From: Burkholderiales bacterium
GTDB taxonomy: Bacteria > Pseudomonadota > Gammaproteobacteria > Burkholderiales > JABEVD01
Length of the DNA: 64,000 nucleotides
Direction of reading: 5' to 3'
Assembly: GCA_019753155.1 (NCBI GenBank)
Contig: JAIELG010000017.1
Location: 49,576-113,575 of the forward strand
Part shown: one piece after another, positions 22,836 through 28,712 of the stretch
Position numbering within the stretch: the first letter of the stretch is position 1
How the letters are laid out: every line of letters begins with the position of its first letter
Translations under genes and position numbers: made by a program
Notes under the pieces: model-generated
The model's database searches: none
Told to the model about the DNA's origin: nothing
The model's input: only the letters and a program-made list of their open reading frames with translations

Positions 22836-24085
22836 CTCCATCCGATCACGTCCATGCCGCCGCCGAAATGGCGGCGCGCCAAAGCTATGGCAAACTCCTG
22901 GCATGGCTGTCGTGGCAATGGCGGAACGTCGGCGCGGCAGAAGATGCGCTGTCGGAAGCTTTTGCGTCAGCACTTAAACATTGGCCACGAGACGGGGTTC
23001 CCGTGTCTCCCGAAGCATGGTTATTGACGGCTGCCAGGCGAAACCTGTTAATGGCTGCACGACGTCAACGCTTGGAAGACGACCCGCGCGTCTTGATGCT
23101 CCTGCCCGATTTGACGGCAGAGCCCGTCGATATGCAGACCATTCCAGACGAACGTCTGCGTTTGTTGTTTGTTTGCGCACACCCTGCGATTGACTCATCT
23201 GTGCATACTGCGCTCATGCTGCAACTTGTGCTGGGTATCGATGCGGCGCGCATTGCAAATGCATTTTTGTTAAGCCCGGCTGCGTTGAGCAAACGATTGA
23301 CGCGCGCAAAGGCAAAAATCCGCGATGCGGGCATTCCGTTCAGCGAACCCGAACCAGGCGAATTGGGAACAAGGATCGGAGCCGTACTCGAAGCCCTATA
23401 TGGCGCATACACCGTCAACGATTCCACAATCCTCGATGTCGAAGCGGATGATCTGGCGGACGAGGCGCTGTTTCTCGCACAGCTGATGAGCGAACAGATT
23501 GAGGGTGACGCGGAAGTATACGGACTTTACGCATTGCTGTTGTATTGCGAATCGAGAAGACGCGCCCGATTCGATGAGGCCGGAACCTTCGTCCCGCTGG
23601 ACGAACAGGCGCACAGCCTCTGGCGCAATGACTTCATCCATAAAGCCGAATTCAATCTGTCCAGGGCAGCAAAATTAAAGCAGGTAGGGCCGTATCAAAT
23701 CGAAGCAGCGATACAGGCAGCGCATATGCAAGGCGTTCTGGATCAGAATACGCCATGGCGGGAAATTGCCATGCTCTACGAACAGTTGCTTTTTTTGGGG
23801 CCCACCGTTGGCGCAAAAATCGGACATGCCATCGCAGTGGCCCGAGCGACCGAAAACCCCGCCCAAGGTATGGAACTCCTGGATGCGATCCAAACCTCCG
23901 GCGTGGCAGGCCATCAACCATGGTGGGCCGCGCGCGCCAGCCTGCTTGCGATGATGGGCCGCAAAAAGGAAGCCGAAACAGCGTACACGAGGGCGATTGC
24001 ACTCACCAGAAACGAGGCTGTTCAAACGTGGCTCAAACGAAAGCGTGAGAAACTTTCGCTGTCAAGTTCAAACAATCAAAATTGA
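22832..24085 (+). CDS. ECF-like RNA polymerase sigma factor with long C-terminal (TPR-like) extension (COG4941-type)
   Basis: Region-2-like AEDALSEAFASALKHWPRDGVP.SPEAWLLTAARRN..D..RR and region-4-like LSPAALSKRLTRAKAKIR, followed by a ~200-aa helical extension. Start proposed at GTG 22832, overlapping the YCII stop (GTGA). The track ATG at 22760 lies inside the YCII gene. Confidence 0.75.
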   Translation: MTPSDHVHAAAEMAARQSYGKLLAWLSWQWRNVGAAEDALSEAFASALKHWPRDGVPVSPEAWLLTAARRNLLMAARRQRLEDDPRVLMLLPDLTAEPVDMQTIPDERLRLLFVCAHPAIDSSVHTALMLQLVLGIDAARIANAFLLSPAALSKRLTRAKAKIRDAGIPFSEPEPGELGTRIGAVLEALYGAYTVNDSTILDVEADDLADEALFLAQLMSEQIEGDAEVYGLYALLLYCESRRRARFDEAGTFVPLDEQAHSLWRNDFIHKAEFNLSRAAKLKQVGPYQIEAAIQAAHMQGVLDQNTPWREIAMLYEQLLFLGPTVGAKIGHAIAVARATENPAQGMELLDAIQTSGVAGHQPWWAARASLLAMMGRKKEAETAYTRAIALTRNEAVQTWLKRKREKLSLSSSNNQN

Positions 24086-24193
24086 ATATGTTGAGGCTGC
24101 CCCCTGGCCTGGCCGCCAGTTGAATTCACGCCGGACGGTTCGCCCGGCCTCCGGTAGCGAAGGCGCGCCTTCGGGGTCTAGAAAAGTAGCATG

Positions 24194-24361
24194 TCATTTC
24201 GCTTTTCTCACGATCCTGCCCACCGTAGTGAAGTGGATGCCGAAATGGTCGGCGATTCCTTGATAAGAATACCCGCCCGTTGCATGGGCGGCAACAATCG
24301 CAGCGTTCCGGTCCGGCATGCGGCGCGAGATTTCCTGCAGCGGAGGAAGCGGCGGACGGGA
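24194..24361 (-). pseudogene. C-terminal remnant of a transposase-family protein (Y1/IS200-like type carrying a DnaA-C-like helix-turn-helix)
   Basis: Only the last ~55 codons of track ORF 24194..24586 look protein-like: RPPLPPLQEISRRMPDRNAAIVAAHATGGYSYQGIADHFGIHFTTVGRIVRKAK*. This pattern matches, from memory, the C-termini of COG1943-type transposases. The upstream part is missing and overlaps the hldD fragment. Confidence 0.4.
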
Positions 24362-24466
24362 TGGAGCGTGACATGATACAGCCAAGCATAGCAGGGAACA
24401 TGCTACTTTTATAGATCTGACCCAGAAGGTGCGTATGTGCCATATGTGACCCCGTATGTGTGCACA

Positions 24467-24544
24467 GGTGGCTACCAAACCCCCTTTCTGAACGTCGAGG
24501 AAGGCGTCTCGCGCTATGTCGACCAGTTGCTGAAGAGAAGTTGA
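24467..24544 (+). pseudogene. Orphan 3'-terminal fragment of a second hldD allele
   Basis: It encodes GGYQTPFLNVEEGVSRYVDQLLKRS*, against [25 protein letters not shown] in the intact gene. Positions 24485-24532 match 22136-22183 at 44/48 nt. No upstream hldD sequence is present. Confidence 0.8.
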
Positions 24545-24812
24545 CGATACTTTGGGAAAGCGATTCCTGCTGCAGCATGCAGACATGAGTATGCGGAGAT
24601 TGGCCTATTCATTTGCCATTTCAGAGCGCTCGCCAATGATCGCTATTGGCCATTAACCGGGAAACCGGAAGGGACAACGGACGCTACCCTTTGATTCATG
24701 TGCAGACTTGCTCAGGCTTCGCGGACGGATACTCCGCGTTTGGAGATGCGGCGCCTGATGCCTGCTGATGCCACACGGACGCCATCGGGGCCGACTTTTC
24801 TTTGGTATCGTC

Positions 24813-24844
24813 AACCGTAACTGTCAGATTTGACAGTTACGGTT
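24813..24844. repeat. Perfect 14-bp inverted repeat (candidate operator) upstream of the LamG-protein operon
   Basis: AACCGTAACTGTCA-gatt-TGACAGTTACGGTT, located 92 nt upstream of ATG 24936. The right arm contains a consensus -35 hexamer, TTGACA (24830-24835). Confidence 0.7.
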
Positions 24845-24935
24845 TTCCAAAAAGCATCTTAAGATGAAATGACTCTTCGACGGGCGCATGCGCCTTTTGA
24901 GGAAAATCCATCACCATTTCCAAAGGAAAAGTTCA

Positions 24936-27900
24936 ATGATGCTCGGCGATCCCCGCACCGACGGCAGCTATGTATCCATGGCCGTGGACTCCCTGTCCTG
25001 GGCGAAGACCAGCGCCGCCGCCGGCAGCTTGTTTACCGCGACGACGCAGGTTTCGGTCGATGCCTGGATAAGATTCAATGGGCTTCCTGCCAATACGGCG
25101 GCAATTGCCCAGGCGGGAGTATTCGCTTTCGGCAGCCAGGGAACCTCGGTCTATTTCCAATTCAACGGATTGCCGATCGTCCTGTCCGATCCGACTCAGG
25201 CGCAACTCCTGGACGACCACTGGCACTATATATGCGCCACCTTCGACGGCAGCATGGTGCGGCTCTATATCGACGGCCAGTTCAATACCGGCCAAAGCTG
25301 CATGGGGCAGGTGCCTATAAGCACCAATCCCGTGTTGATCGGCCAAGGGGTCCAGGGGCTGGTGCGTCGTGTTCGCATCTATAAAACGAACCTGAGCGCT
25401 GCCGCCGTGCTGAACAACATGTATGGAACACCCGCTAGCGGGACTTTGGCTGCGGATTTCGACTTCAGCGTCAATCCGCCGGTGGACCGGGGTCCGTCGG
25501 CCTATCCCGTCAGCCTGCAGAACAATGCGATCATGCTCAAGGTTTCGCCCGCCGTGTCCATGGGAACGACTGGATTTGTGCGGCCCATGGGAGACAAGGG
25601 CATCAATCCGGGCGGCGCGCAGGTCGACCCCTATACGGTGCAGGCCTGGGTCTACGTCACATCCGCCGTCAATCCGGTTCAAGCCATTTTCGTCAACAGC
25701 GATCTCATGATGGACACCGGAATGGCGCTGTATTTGCAGTACGATGCGACGGCCTCCGCGTTTCGTCTGGTTTCGCAGCGTGGCTCCAGCGGCCAAACGC
25801 TGACTTCGATGGGAACGATCCCGGCGGGGGTCTGGGCCAATGTTGCTACCGCTTTCGACGGAACAACGCTTTCTCTCTACCTCAATGGCGTCCTGGACAG
25901 CACCAAGGCCTGCCCCCCCATACCGCTTTACAGTCAGGTCGGCGATCTGTTGATCGGGGCAGCCATCGCCCAGGGCATTCCATCCGGAGCCACGACCCTG
26001 CAGGGATTCATCCGTGAAGTGGATGTCTGGTCGAGAGCCTTGAGCGCCACCGAAATCGCAAGCTTCATGGCCAACCCCCCGGACGTTCAGTCGCCGGGGC
26101 TGCAAGGCGCCTACGTCTTCACCAACTCGCCGGCGCGCAATCAGGCCAACGGCCACCCGATCGGCCTGGCGGAAGGGGCGGTGCTGTCGGGCCAGCTCGG
26201 CGCGGCGCCGCCAACCTCAACCGAGATGGTCAGGGCGGAAGCCCCTCTGCCAGAAATGGGACTTGATCCGGAAAAAATGGCATCCATCCGTGCCGGGATC
26301 GACTTCTCCGCCCTGCACAAGGAAAACGAGCGAGCCTTCGACGAAGCCATGGCTGACGACATGGCCGCCTTCGGCGATCCGAAGGACAAGGTCCGAATCA
26401 AGGAAGCCTGGGCCGAGGCGAGGCGGAAACTGGTGGAAAATCCGACCGCCCTCCCGTTTCTGACGACGCATCACATCATTGACGGCGAACGCTTGCTCAT
26501 CGTCCACCGGCCAGGCGGCTCCTACGTCGCCTATCGGGCACCCGCCAATGCCATCGATGACTGCACGATGTGGAAGGTGCGCCTAGTATTCACCTTGGTT
26601 GCCGGAGCGATCGACGCCTTCACTGGCGTTGGCAGCACTTTGGGCGACAAAGCAATCGTTTTTATCGGACGGGTGCTGACGATCCCGGCTATCGCCGCAC
26701 AAATGGCCAATGGCATAAAGATGACTGGTGCCGCGGTCTTCACGTTCTTGAGCCTGCTGTATACCCAAGGATTGCTCAGACCGCTCATCCTGTTGTTGAT
26801 TGATGTCGGCTTCTGGACGCTCATCCGAGTCGTTGCCAATCTGTTGCTGATTGCGGCCGGCATCGGGACGGTTCGTATCGTGGCATCGCTGGCCGCGACT
26901 GCAGTCACTTTCATCACCGTCTATTTGAGCAAGCCGGCAAGCTGCGATCCGCTTCCCACGGTGACGCTGGCGAGCCTCGCTTTCGACTACGATCCGACGG
27001 GAGCTTCCGTCGAAGCCTTGACGATCCGGCGCAATTTCGGGACCGACGTGAATGTTCCGGAATGGATCCCCGGCAAAACGGTTGCGGCAGATTCGCCCTG
27101 CGCCTATGCCTATTCCACGGTGTCCGGAGCCACGCCTAAGATTCAGGTAGTTGTCAACATTCCGGCGCCGACGACTCATGCAGTCAAGATTCAAGCCACG
27201 GGAGGCGGCATATTGGGGTCAATCGACCCGATCACAGTCAATTTCGGCGGTGTAATCAGCGCCACCATCACACTGCCTCTTTCGCATCATACGCTGGCGA
27301 GCGGGGGCGTGCAAAGGCAGGACGTGACTTGGACCTGGCAGTATCAGGTGGATGGAGGATCCTGGATCACCATGGCCACCAGCAATCACCGTGTCTATAT
27401 CATCCTCGCGACCCCGACACAGCCCTGGCAACAGGGGGCCAATCGTGGCAACCAGCAGCTGCCCTGGACGGATGTTCTGGACTATGCCTGCGTATGGACG
27501 GCTGGAGCCAAAACAAGCGACCAGGTCATGAATCTCGTCACTACCCAGGTGAATTCCAATATCAAACTTGTCTACGACACCACAAGCGGCGCTTCCTTTT
27601 ACACGGCGGAAAGCGGTAATCTTTCGCGCTTCCTTTGCGGTCTTTTCGTTGACTATCTGAAAACCGGAAAAGGAAACGGCAAGATCGTCAACTGCACCGA
27701 TTGCGCCACGATCGTCACCAGCTTCGCCAATATACTGGGCTGCAATGCCTCCGAATCGATAATGACCGACAGCCCAAATGTGCATGGGTTCTTGTGCAAC
27801 CAAATCCTGGCCATAGGCACGACCACTTGGTCTATACCATTCCCGACTTCTCCCAATCCTGGAGTTTTTAGTTACCATGAAGTGGCTTGGACTGGCGCGG

Positions 27901-28178
27901 GTTCTTCACTGTCAGACCCGCTTTATGATGCCTGTCTTCAATACGACACCGGCCCAAATCCTTGGGGAACAGGACCGCATACTGCAGGACTGCCTTTGAA
28001 GGTCCCCTTTACCACGAATCTGGCTCCGATCCCGTCACCCTATGTTCCCATACCCACGCCCTATACCGGCACAAGCTATAGGGAACGCCTAGCGGCCAAT
28101 ACTGCTGCCGGAATACCGAGATGCATCCCTTTTGGCCAGTGGCCCAACACCAATTCTGGCCGCAGGCCTGTCCTTTAG
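24936..28178 (+). CDS. Large multidomain protein of unknown function: 2x LamG-like (concanavalin-A-like lectin) domains, central 4-5 TM-helix block, C-terminal beta-sandwich plus transglutaminase-like Cys/His/Asp domain
   Basis: 1080 aa from ATG 24936 (SD AAGGAAAAG; the track start 24888 adds 16 aa). The two LamG signatures are VSVDAWIRF...HWHYICATFDGSMVRLYIDG...VRRVRIYKTNLSAAAV and YTVQAWVYV...VWANVATAFDGTTLSLYLNG...FIREVDVWSRALSATEI. The hydrophobic block lies at 26568-26930. The C-terminal motifs are NCTDCATIVTSFANILG...FSYHEVAW...LYDAC. No N-terminal signal peptide is evident. Confidence 0.85.
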   Translation: MMLGDPRTDGSYVSMAVDSLSWAKTSAAAGSLFTATTQVSVDAWIRFNGLPANTAAIAQAGVFAFGSQGTSVYFQFNGLPIVLSDPTQAQLLDDHWHYICATFDGSMVRLYIDGQFNTGQSCMGQVPISTNPVLIGQGVQGLVRRVRIYKTNLSAAAVLNNMYGTPASGTLAADFDFSVNPPVDRGPSAYPVSLQNNAIMLKVSPAVSMGTTGFVRPMGDKGINPGGAQVDPYTVQAWVYVTSAVNPVQAIFVNSDLMMDTGMALYLQYDATASAFRLVSQRGSSGQTLTSMGTIPAGVWANVATAFDGTTLSLYLNGVLDSTKACPPIPLYSQVGDLLIGAAIAQGIPSGATTLQGFIREVDVWSRALSATEIASFMANPPDVQSPGLQGAYVFTNSPARNQANGHPIGLAEGAVLSGQLGAAPPTSTEMVRAEAPLPEMGLDPEKMASIRAGIDFSALHKENERAFDEAMADDMAAFGDPKDKVRIKEAWAEARRKLVENPTALPFLTTHHIIDGERLLIVHRPGGSYVAYRAPANAIDDCTMWKVRLVFTLVAGAIDAFTGVGSTLGDKAIVFIGRVLTIPAIAAQMANGIKMTGAAVFTFLSLLYTQGLLRPLILLLIDVGFWTLIRVVANLLLIAAGIGTVRIVASLAATAVTFITVYLSKPASCDPLPTVTLASLAFDYDPTGASVEALTIRRNFGTDVNVPEWIPGKTVAADSPCAYAYSTVSGATPKIQVVVNIPAPTTHAVKIQATGGGILGSIDPITVNFGGVISATITLPLSHHTLASGGVQRQDVTWTWQYQVDGGSWITMATSNHRVYIILATPTQPWQQGANRGNQQLPWTDVLDYACVWTAGAKTSDQVMNLVTTQVNSNIKLVYDTTSGASFYTAESGNLSRFLCGLFVDYLKTGKGNGKIVNCTDCATIVTSFANILGCNASESIMTDSPNVHGFLCNQILAIGTTTWSIPFPTSPNPGVFSYHEVAWTGAGSSLSDPLYDACLQYDTGPNPWGTGPHTAGLPLKVPFTTNLAPIPSPYVPIPTPYTGTSYRERLAANTAAGIPRCIPFGQWPNTNSGRRPVL

Positions 28179-28190
28179 GAGGAACCCCAA

Positions 28191-28712
28191 ATGGATCGAC
28201 AAGCCTGGCTTGATGGCGTGAAACAACGCTTCGGGTTTGATACTTGGCCCCGACGCACGGGAGCAATGGCCCTGAGCCGGACACAGGGCTTTGTTTTAAA
28301 TTCGGGAACCTGGGCTGATACTTGGGTTCTTGAGCAACGCCTTCCCCACGGCGACTCCGGTTATGCCGATTATTTTCATCATACCGAGAATTCCAACCAA
28401 CGTATCATGGTTCGCATATCCGAATATTCAAGCCACGAAGCGGCATTGGAAGCTATGCTGTCCATCCTGTCCCAATCCATGACCGTAACTTTGCCCAGGC
28501 TCGACGAAAGGGGAGTGATGGTCGGCGATGTGGGATTTTGCGGTTATGGTGAAGACATCCATAGCCTGGTTTTCGTCCGCCACAATATCCTGATCGACAT
28601 CCGCAGCATCGGCGACCAAGCGGTTGCCGTCGTGGATCCGGCAAAGCAGGTGGATGCGCAAATTCAAACCGCCGTATCGCAGGAAGACCTGTCCAAGGAG
28701 AAGAAACAATGA
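28191..28712 (+). CDS. Hypothetical protein (173 aa), second gene of the LamG operon
   Basis: A strong SD (TAGGAGGA) lies 9 nt upstream, and the gene starts 13 nt after the upstream stop. I recognise no family. No signal peptide or TM segment is evident. Confidence 0.7.
   Translation: MDRQAWLDGVKQRFGFDTWPRRTGAMALSRTQGFVLNSGTWADTWVLEQRLPHGDSGYADYFHHTENSNQRIMVRISEYSSHEAALEAMLSILSQSMTVTLPRLDERGVMVGDVGFCGYGEDIHSLVFVRHNILIDIRSIGDQAVAVVDPAKQVDAQIQTAVSQEDLSKEKKQ

Noticed and set aside
24157-24172. 16-nt palindrome CGAAGGCGCGCCTTCG between the sigma-factor gene and the HTH remnant, considered as a bidirectional terminator.
   Set aside because: It is a short stem with a 4-nt loop and no flanking T/A tract on either side. 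It cannot be distinguished from chance GC-rich symmetry.
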